A DNA stretch of 60,220 nucleotides, counting the filler. It is 6 parts of 6 records of this genome, joined end to end, with 100 filler letters (N's around TTAATTAATTAA, not from the genome) between each part and the next. Parts side by side here need not be neighbours in the genome. Positions count along the whole stretch, not along the records: positions 23,789 to 49,088 come from SRR31147125_11379; 5 more parts are not named here. One strand, written 5' to 3'. Every line of letters begins with the position of its first letter. Position 1 is the first letter of the stretch. A model generated the notes under the pieces. The model saw only the letters and a list, made by a program, of their open reading frames with translations. It searched no databases and was not told where the DNA came from. Shown piece after piece: positions 32,925 to 43,274 of this stretch. Both the position numbers and the translations under genes were made by a program.

Positions 32925-33715
32925 TTAGACGTTAGCTTCCACCCATTTTGTTATAGATTCTGAAAGAGAATTAATATTCGTATAATAATAATTTTGTTCC
33001 AGCCAGAAGGCTGGTACGAGAAGCGTTGATATTTCTAAATATTTAGAACAATTTTCAAATAGATCATTCCCCGCATTTTTTGTTGTTGTGCCATTATTAA
33101 AAACAAGAATTGGCTTGTCATAATTTTCAGATTTTGTGCCCAACATTTGCTCATATCGAAGGCCTGAAATAAGAAATCCTTCATAATTAAATGAGTCACC
33201 TCTTTCCAAATCACTAACTATTTGTTGACTTGTTTTAACGACATGCCCATATAATCCCATCTGTGCGGCAACATTTTTTCTCAACAAATCCTTCAGATAT
33301 CGGCTTGTATTCGTGATAGGTGCAATTCCAATAATAAAATCTGGATTTAGCATCTTGCTAATCATTAAAGCTTGATTTACTCCCCATCTAAAGCCGACAA
33401 TACCTTTTTTTCTTCACCTCCCAATGATAACATTTTTTCCCAGGCAACCTGAATATCTGAAATTTCATCTTGCAGGCTAAACTGTTTAAAATCGCCGTCA
33501 CTATCTCCGGTTCCTCTAAAATCAAAACGCAAGGTAGAAAAACCAACATTGCTCACTTTATTAGCGAGACAATATCTTACTCTGCGTGAGGCATTTTTTT
33601 CTTCTGCAAACGCTGATATAAAAAGCAACGAACCTTTCTGTCTCTTTTCGGGGTTTGAATGCCAGGCACCAAACATATTTTCTGTTCCATTTTGGAAATA
33701 AAAACAATCCATCAT
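32925..33715 (-). CDS. Alpha/beta hydrolase homologue (exosortase-A-system hydrolase 2-like; frameshifted near 33410)
   Basis: AFAEEKNASRR, RFDFRGTGDSDGDF; the restored elbow reads IVGFRWG; PAFW near the C-terminus. Confidence 0.72.
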
Positions 33716-35064
33716 GATGTATGCACTCGTATTTTGTTCGGTTCCAGATTTCCGACTCCCACTTTATATGCTTCCAATAAAAATTTATAAAAAGGTCCTT
33801 CTTTATTATCCGGGTTATTCAAATTAATATAATATTCATCGTCTGTTGATTTTTTTGTGGCAGGAAACAATATCTCTTTGGCGCTAATATAATCTAAAGC
33901 AACCGGATCGACAGAGGCTAAAATCGTTTTAGCCTGGTATCGTTTATCCAAATCTATCCTGCTACCCCACCCCACCCATTCTGCTTCGACGATATTTAAA
34001 TCCGGTTTACACACATTCACGATCCAGTGCCCTAAAGCGCCACCTGTATAGTGAAAATGAAAAGAACCAAATTCTCCTAGAATATTTGCTAATGTTTTAC
34101 CAAATCCATATTTTCTATGATAGTAGTTCAAGTAAATACTGTATCTCCAAAAGGCTGATTCATGCCCAATGAAATGCGTATTATAAAAACCTTCAGGTTT
34201 TGACCCATGATAACCACAAGACATATCTACAATCCCCATAAGATTTTTAACAGACGCTGTTACTCCGCAATAATCGCTATGATGATTAAGACATGAAAAA
34301 TTAACAAGTTTGAGCTTGTTGCGATTGAACGTGCCATTCTCATAGATCCCCCTCATCAAATCAATTTTACATCCTGTAATTTTGCTGGTAAAAATAGGAT
34401 ACGTCATCATGCATTTTCTCCCCTCAGGAGAAATATATACATTATTTTCCAACCAAACGTATCCATCTCCATCGTCCGGGTGGTTAACCCACTTCCCTGA
34501 ACCTACAGCATTTCCTTCTCTTGGCTGGGGATTTGGACCCACATCATGCCACTGATAATCTGAAATATTTTCAAATCCTGCCTTTCTGTAAAAATCTATT
34601 AACTCAAGATAACTGAAATTGCCATTCCGATGTTCAGAGTTCCAGCCGCGGCTAATGTCCTCCTTGTAATGATGATTATCCGCTAAAATAATCTCACCTG
34701 CAAAATCAGTTCTTTTTAATACGTGATCAATAAATCCTTTAAGAGCATTGGTGTTAGTTGCACCCTGATTCCACCATTGTGAATTTAGTTTGATAACAAT
34801 GACATCATCAGGTTGAATCAGTTCATCAATTCCGCCCAGTAGGTTTATTATTGTACCTACATTTTCTTCCGGTGATTTCCCCTGTGTCAAAAACACATGA
34901 GAATAACCTTCCTGATCCACACCAATTCGTTTACCAGGATTATGATTTATTTCATTCGCAGTCATTGAATTAGCATTTACACCTTTTGGTAAAAAAGATG
35001 AGAGTCCAATCAAACCAATTATTTTAAAAAATAGCCTTCTGGAAAGGTTCAATTTTTTCTCCAC
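33712..35064 (-). CDS. Tat-exported DUF362-family protein
   Basis: SRRLFFK twin-arginine signal; VIKLN, GVTASVKNLMG, SVDPVALD. Confidence 0.72.
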   Translation of the reverse strand: MEKKLNLSRRLFFKIIGLIGLSSFLPKGVNANSMTANEINHNPGKRIGVDQEGYSHVFLTQGKSPEENVGTIINLLGGIDELIQPDDVIVIKLNSQWWNQGATNTNALKGFIDHVLKRTDFAGEIILADNHHYKEDISRGWNSEHRNGNFSYLELIDFYRKAGFENISDYQWHDVGPNPQPREGNAVGSGKWVNHPDDGDGYVWLENNVYISPEGRKCMMTYPIFTSKITGCKIDLMRGIYENGTFNRNKLKLVNFSCLNHHSDYCGVTASVKNLMGIVDMSCGYHGSKPEGFYNTHFIGHESAFWRYSIYLNYYHRKYGFGKTLANILGEFGSFHFHYTGGALGHWIVNVCKPDLNIVEAEWVGWGSRIDLDKRYQAKTILASVDPVALDYISAKEILFPATKKSTDDEYYINLNNPDNKEGPFYKFLLEAYKVGVGNLEPNKIRVHTS

Positions 35065-35103
35065 AAATAACTCTTAAAATCAAAGAGGTTCATTTTTATA
35101 AAG

Positions 35104-35352
35104 TCAATTCATTTGTTGTTGCTTTGATTCAATAAAGACAGAAAGATTTTCGATGGAATCAAAATTTTCCCGTTTAATTTCCAAATCGTCAACATCAAAT
35201 TGATATTCGGTTTCGACAAAAGATACGAGTTCAAGAATTCCAGTGGAATCAATCACGCCTTTATCAAGTAATGAGTCACTATCGGTTAGTTCGGCACCAT
35301 CACCATAGAGAAAATTTTCAATAATGTAATCACGAAGTTTGTTTTTCACCAT
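35104..35352 (-). CDS. Acyl/peptidyl carrier protein
   Basis: 82 aa, acidic; GVIDSTGILELVSFVE phosphopantetheine site; ENFDSI. Confidence 0.92.
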   Translation of the reverse strand: MVKNKLRDYIIENFLYGDGAELTDSDSLLDKGVIDSTGILELVSFVETEYQFDVDDLEIKRENFDSIENLSVFIESKQQQMN

Positions 35353-35373
35353 TTGGAGACCTCCCGGAAATAG

Positions 35374-36351
35374 TTATTTCAGTTCATCGTTTACAGTTAA
35401 AGGATAGAACCTTAAGTAATTTGTTGTACGCTGTTTTTGTTTAATATCATTAATAATTTTTTCAACCTGGTTAACATCAATATCAAGTTCCTGGCTAATA
35501 TCAACCGGATTTTTCCCTTGCTCACAAGCGCTCCAGATAGAATCCATAATCTCAAATGGTATTTGAAAGAAAAATTCTTCCTGAGTAACCTCAGCACTAT
35601 AAGTGTCTGTTGTAGGTTTTCGATCTACAATATCCGTGGGTATCTCAAGATATCGCGCTAATTGATAAACCTGAGACTTGAAGAGATGAATGATGGGTTT
35701 CAAATCTGCCCCTCCATCACCAAATTTCACGAAAAAACCCTGGTCATGTTCATTTTTATTACCTGTGCCCAGCACAGCGTAATTATGTAGCTCTGCATGA
35801 TAATATAACATGGTCATGCGTAATCTTTGTTTCATATTGGAAGCAGCCACAATTTGAAGATAGTCGTTCAAATTTGGCCTTTTCGATGTTTCATTACCTT
35901 TTTCATCAATTACACCAACTCGAAAAACATTGAGACCGGTGCGTTTGTACAGCTCAGAATCAATCGTTATTTTGACTTTATGCTTGTCAGAAAAGTCCGG
36001 AAAGAGGTGTCGGATCGCCTCATTTCTTCTTTCATATGCGCCCATCCCTTTAAGACCGCTTGTTATATCTTCTACGATAAACTTTATACCCAATTTTTCT
36101 GCTAAATCACGTGCAAGTGTTTCACTTTCCGTGCTTGATTCCTCTTCCGGAAGGGCAATTCCAAGGACTCTCTCTTTACCCAATGCGCGAGTGCAAAGAG
36201 CTACTACCACAGAGGAATCAACACCACCGCTAATACCTACAATCGCTCCTTTTTTCTTTAGCACTTTTGTTACAACATGGCGAATCCATTCTTCAAGTTC
36301 TTCGCATGCCAGCTTTGCATCAAACTCACTTAAATTGTTCACTGGTATCAT
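35374..36351 (-). CDS. nadE: NH3-dependent NAD synthetase paralogue
   Basis: GISGGVDSS, NMKQRLRM, GTGNKNE, GFFVKFGDG, LFKSQVYQLA; start taken at MIPV after the AGAGGG SD. Confidence 0.85.
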   Translation of the reverse strand: MIPVNNLSEFDAKLACEELEEWIRHVVTKVLKKKGAIVGISGGVDSSVVVALCTRALGKERVLGIALPEEESSTESETLARDLAEKLGIKFIVEDITSGLKGMGAYERRNEAIRHLFPDFSDKHKVKITIDSELYKRTGLNVFRVGVIDEKGNETSKRPNLNDYLQIVAASNMKQRLRMTMLYYHAELHNYAVLGTGNKNEHDQGFFVKFGDGGADLKPIIHLFKSQVYQLARYLEIPTDIVDRKPTTDTYSAEVTQEEFFFQIPFEIMDSIWSACEQGKNPVDISQELDIDVNQVEKIINDIKQKQRTTNYLRFYPLTVNDELK

Positions 36352-36466
36352 ATTCCACCCTCTATCTGTTTTAATATTTTCAACATGACTTGAATTATAT
36401 ACCAATAACGTTAATTAAATTATAATGTTAAACAAATCGCTTAATATAGATTGAATATACAGTTTA

Positions 36467-38011
36467 TTAATTATTTGCTTCCATGGCGGTCAACTTTTTT
36501 TTATCAATTTTACCATTGCTGTTGTGTGGCAATTCTGTTCGGAACTCTATATACTTGGGCATTGCAAAATTTTCCAAATGTTTCTTACAATGTGCCATCA
36601 CCTCATTTTTATTGATATTTACTCCATCTCTGGGTATTATAATTGCTTTGATAGCCTGACCTAATACACTATCATCCACCCCAATAACAGCAGCTTCAGA
36701 GATGTCATCTAAAAGATAAAGGACATTCTCAATTTCTTTTGGACTGACTTTTTCACCTCTACTTTTGATAATATCATCTTTCCGGGCTACAAAATACAAA
36801 TAATCATCCTTATCCTTATAAAACAGATCACCTGAATAAAGGACTCTCTCATACTGGTATTTACCAGGCCGAAGTCGTTCAGCCGTTTTTTCGGGCAGGT
36901 TCCAATATCCCTGCATTACGTTCGAACCTCGTATGACCAATTCACCGATCTGATCCGGGCCAAGTTCTATACCATCATCATCGACAATATAGACTTCGCA
37001 ATTTGGCATTGCTTTCCCTACAGAGTTAGGCCGTTCATCTATTTCGCCTGGTGGTAAATAGGCCACCCTCTTGCATTCTGTTAATCCATACATCGAATAT
37101 ATGCTTGTGTCTGGAAAAAATTGTCGTAATTTTCTAATAAATTCAACGGGTAATGCCGCACCTGTGTTCGAAATATATCTTAGGCTGGGTAACCGTAATG
37201 AGGTTAAATCTGTCATTTTGAAAAGCATGGCAAAAATCGTCGGCACACCTGGTAACCCGGTAACATTTTCCTCTATCATTCTTTGGACAAGCTCTTGTGG
37301 ATAAACAAATCCGTTTTCCAAAATAAGAGTCCCGCTAAATGACATCGTCATTAACAATTGGTATAAACCGTAATCAAAAGAAAGAGGAAGAACATTGATG
37401 ACGATATCTTCTGTGACATTTTCCAGATAGGTCGTAATAGATCTTAGAGCAGACACCATATTATGATGCGTCATCATCACACCCTTTGGATTGCCCGTGC
37501 TGCCAGACGTATAAATCAATGAGGCTAATTCACTGTCGACAATGCGGATATTAGGTGTATCGATTGACGCATTAGCAAAAATATCAGATAATAAAGTTGT
37601 ATTTGGCGGAATCACCTTTGTATCGCCATCTAAAACACAAAATGACACACTTTGCGAATTAGTGATAGTTGTGCTTTGAGAATGAATGAGATGACTTTGA
37701 GTAAAAAAGGCTTTAGCCTGACAATCATCAATGATATATTGAAGTTTTTGTCCTTTTGTTGTGGGATTTACGACTACAAAAACACCTCCTGCTTTTAAAA
37801 CTGCATAAATAGAAATACATGTATTAATGGCATTATCCATTTGTAACACCACTCGATCACCTTTTTTCAAACCAGATTCTATTAAAAATTGTGCAATCTG
37901 ATTTGACTTTTTATCCATTTCATTATAGGTTAACGCACTCTGTCGTGATTTTATGGCGATCTTTTCCGGGTAATTTAATCTACTATTTTCTAGAAAATTA
38001 TGCATCAACAT
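36467..38011 (-). CDS. Stand-alone adenylate-forming enzyme (ANL superfamily)
   Basis: YTSGSTGNPKG, SFDYG, MYGLTE, SGDL, RKDDIIKSRGEKV, NGKIDKK. Confidence 0.92.
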   Translation of the reverse strand: MLMHNFLENSRLNYPEKIAIKSRQSALTYNEMDKKSNQIAQFLIESGLKKGDRVVLQMDNAINTCISIYAVLKAGGVFVVVNPTTKGQKLQYIIDDCQAKAFFTQSHLIHSQSTTITNSQSVSFCVLDGDTKVIPPNTTLLSDIFANASIDTPNIRIVDSELASLIYTSGSTGNPKGVMMTHHNMVSALRSITTYLENVTEDIVINVLPLSFDYGLYQLLMTMSFSGTLILENGFVYPQELVQRMIEENVTGLPGVPTIFAMLFKMTDLTSLRLPSLRYISNTGAALPVEFIRKLRQFFPDTSIYSMYGLTECKRVAYLPPGEIDERPNSVGKAMPNCEVYIVDDDGIELGPDQIGELVIRGSNVMQGYWNLPEKTAERLRPGKYQYERVLYSGDLFYKDKDDYLYFVARKDDIIKSRGEKVSPKEIENVLYLLDDISEAAVIGVDDSVLGQAIKAIIIPRDGVNINKNEVMAHCKKHLENFAMPKYIEFRTELPHNSNGKIDKKKLTAMEANN

Positions 38012-40008
38012 TGCTCTACTCCCATGTTTTTTCTTTTTCTATGATCGCAGATTATTCTATTTTCTTCTTTTATTTTATTTTTTATTTTCGGTGTATTATG
38101 AATAAAATGTTCCGTTAGCAATTGTGTTGTGATAACACCCATTGCTGCCATTTCTTCTCTTGCCGTAAACTGACGGCTGGAGTCATTTAATCGCTTGAAA
38201 AGGATATCCACTTTGGAGTTATTAAAAACGTCATCCTTTTTTAAATTCTGAGATAAGAGAACAGGAGAAAGATGCTCATTGACAGCTTTCAAAACAGTAC
38301 GAATAGGTGCCCGATATGGTTGTTTTTTACGAGAAACAATAGATTCTGGGAGTTCTTTTTTAAACGCATTTTTAAGGACCCATTTTTCATCCAAAACACG
38401 TAATTTTAGACTGGGTGACAGTCTGTTTGCAAATTCAATAACTCTATGGTCTAAAAATGGAAAACGTCCTTCAACCGAATGGGCCATTAGCATACGATCC
38501 CCTTGTGAGGATAATAAATAATTGCTTAGAAAAATATAGGCCTCCAAAAATTGTGCCTTATTCTGACTGTGCATTCCATCTAATCGTCCGTTAATTCTTT
38601 CCCGCAAATCTGTTATCGGATCATAATCATTTAAAACATTTTTAACGTCATTGCTTAAAAAGGATAATATAAATTGTGTATTTGACCATCTTATATTGTG
38701 TGAATAAAACGGATCATCTGTACTTAATAAATCTTTGTTGAAAAAGGCTTGCCAGAAACCATCTCCACGAGCATCCCGGGCATCTACATAGTTATAAATA
38801 CGCGAAAATAATTTGGGGCGCCATTTTGAATCAGGATAACGCGCCCAAAACCGCCGAATTTTCACTTCCTTGAATATATTATAACCGGTCAATATCTCAT
38901 CAGCACCTTCACCCGTTAAAACTACTTTATAACCAGAATCTCGCACCAATTGCGATAGTAAAAATAATGGTATCGGAGCTGTTCGCAAAATAGGCTTTTC
39001 TGTATGATAAATAACATCACTCAAAGCTTTGCCGACTTGAGACGGATTCACTGCAATATAAGAATGATTTGTATTCAAATATTGACACAACTCTTGTTGA
39101 TAGATAGATTCATCATAATTACGGTCACTAAATCTTATGGAAAAAGTTCTTAATTCATTCTGATGAATATGTCTTACTAAACCTGTGATCGTTGAAGAAT
39201 CCAGGCCTCCACTCAAATAAGTTCCCACCGGCACATCTGCCCGTAATCTCAATCTAACAGCATCTTTAAGGAGATTCTTCAATTCAATAGTTGCTTTTTC
39301 TGCATCTGTTATTATCTCATCCGGCCTAAAATCAAAATGAAAGTCCCAATATGGTTTTATCCGTACACCCGATTCATTCACCCACATATAGTGACCTGCA
39401 GGTAATTCCTTCACATCCTGAAATGGTGTCTCACCGGGTAATGGGGCCCAAAACGTAAATATTTGAGCCAGGGCTTTTAAATCCAATTCCCTGTTAATTC
39501 TTGGATCAGCAAAAAGTGCTTTAATCTCTGAAGCAAATACAAAAGAATTATTTTTGTGCCAATAATATAACGGACGAATGCCCACCCGATCCCGAGCAAG
39601 AAACAACCTTTGCTTTTTCGTATCCCAGATAGCGAAAGCAAATTGTCCATTCAATTCCTCTACTACTTTTTCACCTTTTTCCTCGAATAAATGTAATATA
39701 ACTTCTGTGTCACTGGTTGTACGAAAGGTGTGTCCTTGCCGTAAAAGCTTTTCTTTTATTTCAACATAATTAAAGATTTCTCCATTAAACGTTATCCAGA
39801 GTGTACCATCCTCATTGGTCATGGGTTGTCCACCACTTGTCAAATCTATGATACTGAGTCGTGTATGCCCTAAAATGACAGAATCATCAAGATACAAACC
39901 GCTTGCATCTGGTCCACGGTGTGATAATGTCGCTGTCATTGATTTCATCACTGATTCGTCTAAATAATTTTGTTGCGATATTTCAAATTGTCCGCAGATT
40001 CCACACAT
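38005..40008 (-). CDS. asnB: Asparagine synthase (glutamine-hydrolysing) family amidotransferase
   Basis: MCGICG, HRGPD, FNGEIFN, YLSGGLDSS, TGEGADE, EGRFPFLD, KQPYRAP. Confidence 0.93.
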   Translation of the reverse strand: MCGICGQFEISQQNYLDESVMKSMTATLSHRGPDASGLYLDDSVILGHTRLSIIDLTSGGQPMTNEDGTLWITFNGEIFNYVEIKEKLLRQGHTFRTTSDTEVILHLFEEKGEKVVEELNGQFAFAIWDTKKQRLFLARDRVGIRPLYYWHKNNSFVFASEIKALFADPRINRELDLKALAQIFTFWAPLPGETPFQDVKELPAGHYMWVNESGVRIKPYWDFHFDFRPDEIITDAEKATIELKNLLKDAVRLRLRADVPVGTYLSGGLDSSTITGLVRHIHQNELRTFSIRFSDRNYDESIYQQELCQYLNTNHSYIAVNPSQVGKALSDVIYHTEKPILRTAPIPLFLLSQLVRDSGYKVVLTGEGADEILTGYNIFKEVKIRRFWARYPDSKWRPKLFSRIYNYVDARDARGDGFWQAFFNKDLLSTDDPFYSHNIRWSNTQFILSFLSNDVKNVLNDYDPITDLRERINGRLDGMHSQNKAQFLEAYIFLSNYLLSSQGDRMLMAHSVEGRFPFLDHRVIEFANRLSPSLKLRVLDEKWVLKNAFKKELPESIVSRKKQPYRAPIRTVLKAVNEHLSPVLLSQNLKKDDVFNNSKVDILFKRLNDSSRQFTAREEMAAMGVITTQLLTEHFIHNTPKIKNKIKEENRIICDHRKRKNMGVEQC

Positions 40009-40141
40009 ATTGATTTCTCACTCCAATAATCCATAGTAATTACAGTAAAACTTGGCAATAAAAATAGCTTGTATATATTTTATCGAATTGAATAAATATC
40101 TCTATTTCTTACAAAAAGATTACAATATGTCAAATACATCC

Positions 40142-41740
40142 TCATTTTATAATTCGTTGGTAGGCAATTAATCCAAGTGGTCTTTTCTCATCTCCATTAG
40201 TATAAATAAGATTAAATTCCTGTAGTTTTTTAAATGCTTTATTATCTTCAAGTAATGCATTTAATGCGTTTCGGAAATCAATATAGATCTGATGAGTTGG
40301 TGTAACATTATTCATCTCAAATACAATATGATCAATGTCATTTTCTTCAAGGAATTCATTTATCTTCGTGGGATCATCAATCTGCACAGACGCCCTATAA
40401 ATTTTTGCATCACGCGTGTGATCAGCTTGTCGTAAGTAAAAAACAAATGCTGCATCATTTGGGCCAGCGTAAAATATTTTCGCATTCGGATTCGTCGAGA
40501 TAATATGCTCTACTGGCTTTTTTACACCCTCCAGATACTGCATATTCAGATTAAAAGTTAAAGCCTGATACATCAAAATAGAGAGTGTAAATCCAATATA
40601 AATAATTCGACGACGTGGATGACGGTTTTTAAAAATTAAATTAAAGAAATCCCTTATGGCTAAAATTGTGAGCGGAGAGGCTGCAAATGCAATATAATTA
40701 GCATATCGATTTTCTTTGCTGGGTATCCAACTAAAACCCAAATATGCACATATTACACAAATGACAAATAAAAATTCACCAGTGGATGGTTTTCTCCAGA
40801 TACACAATAGAAGCCATAATATTAAACCAATCGATTGAATCGTATATTTCTGGATCAACACATTAGCATAATAGGTCCAGTATTCAAAAGAAACATTATT
40901 CTCAACAGGAGTATATCTCGCCCATTCTTTTTCAACAGAGCCCGAGATTGCCACCAAACTATCTCTTTGAAAATAAACAACTTGAACCATAAGAGGGATT
41001 AATAGTATTACAAAAATTGCGAACGCAATGTAAAGTTTTTTCTCCTTAAAAATTTGAAATCCTTTTCGTATCAAAATATGTGCAAACAAACCGAAAACTA
41101 AAAATACAACAAGCTGATATGTATATAAACCAAGCAAAATAAAGAGTAATAATGGTATCAGCATGTTCCAGGATAAACCTTTTCTATATAGGCTATTTCC
41201 ATAAAAATAGAATGCCCAGGCTACAAACGAAAGAGCAGGAATATCAAGCCTGATTGTACGAAGCAGTCTCATGGTTTCCGGTGTTGTAAATACTAACAAT
41301 GTAATAAGAAAAGCGACAATATTATTTTTCCATATTTTTAAACTTGATAAATAGAGCGCACATGCCAGGCTTAACGAGAAAATTAATATTGTCAGATTCG
41401 CACCAATAACCGATATGCCGGCCAGAGAAAAAACGCCTGCTTCCACAAATGCGAACAAGGGCGGATACCGTCGAACTGAAAGAGCTGGGTATTGATTATA
41501 ATAATCATAGAACCACTTGACAGGTATTTTAATAAATTCATTGACTTCATTAAAAAAAGTATAAATTAATGCTCCATTAGATGCATTTAATGCATCATCA
41601 TAGGGATATATTCGATCTTTAAGCAATTCTGGTACGGAATAAATGATTATCCATGAAAGTATGATTATTAAAAGTACTGTACGTAGAGTTACATTATAAG
41701 GTTTATCCGATAAAGTTATTTTCAAGTTGTCGAACATCAA
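40142..41740 (-). CDS. ArnT/GT39-like (GT-C fold) membrane glycosyltransferase
   Basis: YDD acidic motif after TM1, RYPPLF, KENRY, about 11-13 hydrophobic segments. Confidence 0.7.
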   Translation of the reverse strand: MMFDNLKITLSDKPYNVTLRTVLLIIILSWIIIYSVPELLKDRIYPYDDALNASNGALIYTFFNEVNEFIKIPVKWFYDYYNQYPALSVRRYPPLFAFVEAGVFSLAGISVIGANLTILIFSLSLACALYLSSLKIWKNNIVAFLITLLVFTTPETMRLLRTIRLDIPALSFVAWAFYFYGNSLYRKGLSWNMLIPLLLFILLGLYTYQLVVFLVFGLFAHILIRKGFQIFKEKKLYIAFAIFVILLIPLMVQVVYFQRDSLVAISGSVEKEWARYTPVENNVSFEYWTYYANVLIQKYTIQSIGLILWLLLCIWRKPSTGEFLFVICVICAYLGFSWIPSKENRYANYIAFAASPLTILAIRDFFNLIFKNRHPRRRIIYIGFTLSILMYQALTFNLNMQYLEGVKKPVEHIISTNPNAKIFYAGPNDAAFVFYLRQADHTRDAKIYRASVQIDDPTKINEFLEENDIDHIVFEMNNVTPTHQIYIDFRNALNALLEDNKAFKKLQEFNLIYTNGDEKRPLGLIAYQRIIK

Positions 41741-41752
41741 GTTTGTATACCT

Positions 41753-43237
41753 TTATTTTATTACAATCATTTTTTTCAATTGCACAACCCTATCGACTTC
41801 CATGCGACAAAAATATAAACCGGAGGGAACCTGATTACTGCTATCATCTTTTCCATTCCAGCTCACCCGGTGCAAACCAAACCCCTGATACTCTTTTACC
41901 AGGGTTTTTATTTTCTTACCTAAAATTGAGTATACATCTAATAAAACATCATGATTTTGTAAAAGTCTATATGTTAAAGTCGTTTTCGAATTAAACGGAT
42001 TTGGAAAGTTCTCGTAAAGGTCAAAAACATTGGGTAAATGGCGCTGGATCACGACATCAACCTGAATTTCATCGTAAATAGTCGTAAAGCCATCAGTATC
42101 TATTTGCACCAACCTATAATACCATTGTCCAGATGTGACTGAGTTATCAATATATTCATAGAAATTTAAATTATTCGAAGTACCATTCCCGGGTATATAG
42201 GGAATGGTCAATGTTTTAAACGTATCGGAAAACATCCCCCTTCTTTGCACCTGAAATCCAATATTATTATCCTCAGAAAGGGTTTTCCATTCTAATACGA
42301 CCTGTCCAGAGGGCATAACCGTTCCGTTAAAATAGGCAAGCGAAACAGGAACAGGCACACTTTTAAGGTCAAGTAAAGTTTCAACGAAACGAATCACTTG
42401 CATATCTTGAGGTAAATAATCATGTTCTACATTATCCAGGAAGAGAAAATTTCCAGGACTTGACTCTAAGACATTTATACCATCCGGAACGGCAAAAGTA
42501 ATCCCGCCGGCTCCCGCAATTAAGGCACTATTAGCTGGCTCTATCCATTCGTCCGGATCTATTCGAAGAGTAAAATAGAGAATGTTTCTTAGATTATCCG
42601 GCAATACCGACACGATACCAGCGTTGTCCTCTCCAATACTATATGGAGTTTCATCAACGGGATTTGCAGGTGTGCCATTTAAAGCAATTTGTAACGGATT
42701 ATTTGCCCCTGATGTCGCAAAAGCAGGACACATTTCAATATTTCCTTCTCCGGCATAACCACAAAGAGAATTGGTTCCATGATTTGCACCACCGAGGCTA
42801 ATCCATATGTTAACACGTTCCGGATTCATATTTACGATATACCATCGGCTACTCAGGGCCCCCATGCTGTGAGCAACCATATTTACTTTAACTGGTATTT
42901 CCCCGGTATAACCCGCATTGCGAGCGGCTGTTTCCGCATTACTGAGTAGATTATCTATAGCAGGTGCTATAACTTTCTCAGCAGCATAAACATTTGATGT
43001 ATCGCTGGGTTCTATATTCACCGCATATAAATATTCGGCTGGATAGCCAACACCTATAAGATAAGAGATCATCGTATTCCATGATCCTGAATCAAGTCCG
43101 GAACCATGAACAAAAAGTACAGGGGTTTTAGTATAATCCTGGGCATGTGCATAGAAGCCACTTTGCTTTGAGAACGGAAAAAGGCAGATATTAACAAGAA
43201 ATAACGCAATGGTTATATTAAATCTACTTGTATCCAC
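41753..43237 (-). CDS. Secreted lipase/esterase with Ig-like and FlgD-Ig/sorting-type C-terminal domains
   Basis: Signal peptide, PVLFVHG, VAHSMG, GANHGT; VPVSLAYF..WKTLSEDNNIGF; NFPNPFN..WNGKD..SGLYF. Confidence 0.85.
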   Translation of the reverse strand: MDTSRFNITIALFLVNICLFPFSKQSGFYAHAQDYTKTPVLFVHGSGLDSGSWNTMISYLIGVGYPAEYLYAVNIEPSDTSNVYAAEKVIAPAIDNLLSNAETAARNAGYTGEIPVKVNMVAHSMGALSSRWYIVNMNPERVNIWISLGGANHGTNSLCGYAGEGNIEMCPAFATSGANNPLQIALNGTPANPVDETPYSIGEDNAGIVSVLPDNLRNILYFTLRIDPDEWIEPANSALIAGAGGITFAVPDGINVLESSPGNFLFLDNVEHDYLPQDMQVIRFVETLLDLKSVPVPVSLAYFNGTVMPSGQVVLEWKTLSEDNNIGFQVQRRGMFSDTFKTLTIPYIPGNGTSNNLNFYEYIDNSVTSGQWYYRLVQIDTDGFTTIYDEIQVDVVIQRHLPNVFDLYENFPNPFNSKTTLTYRLLQNHDVLLDVYSILGKKIKTLVKEYQGFGLHRVSWNGKDDSSNQVPSGLYFCRMEVDRVVQLKKMIVIK

Positions 43238-43274
43238 ATTACACGCCCATTCAAAAAATTAAGTGCATGTATTT

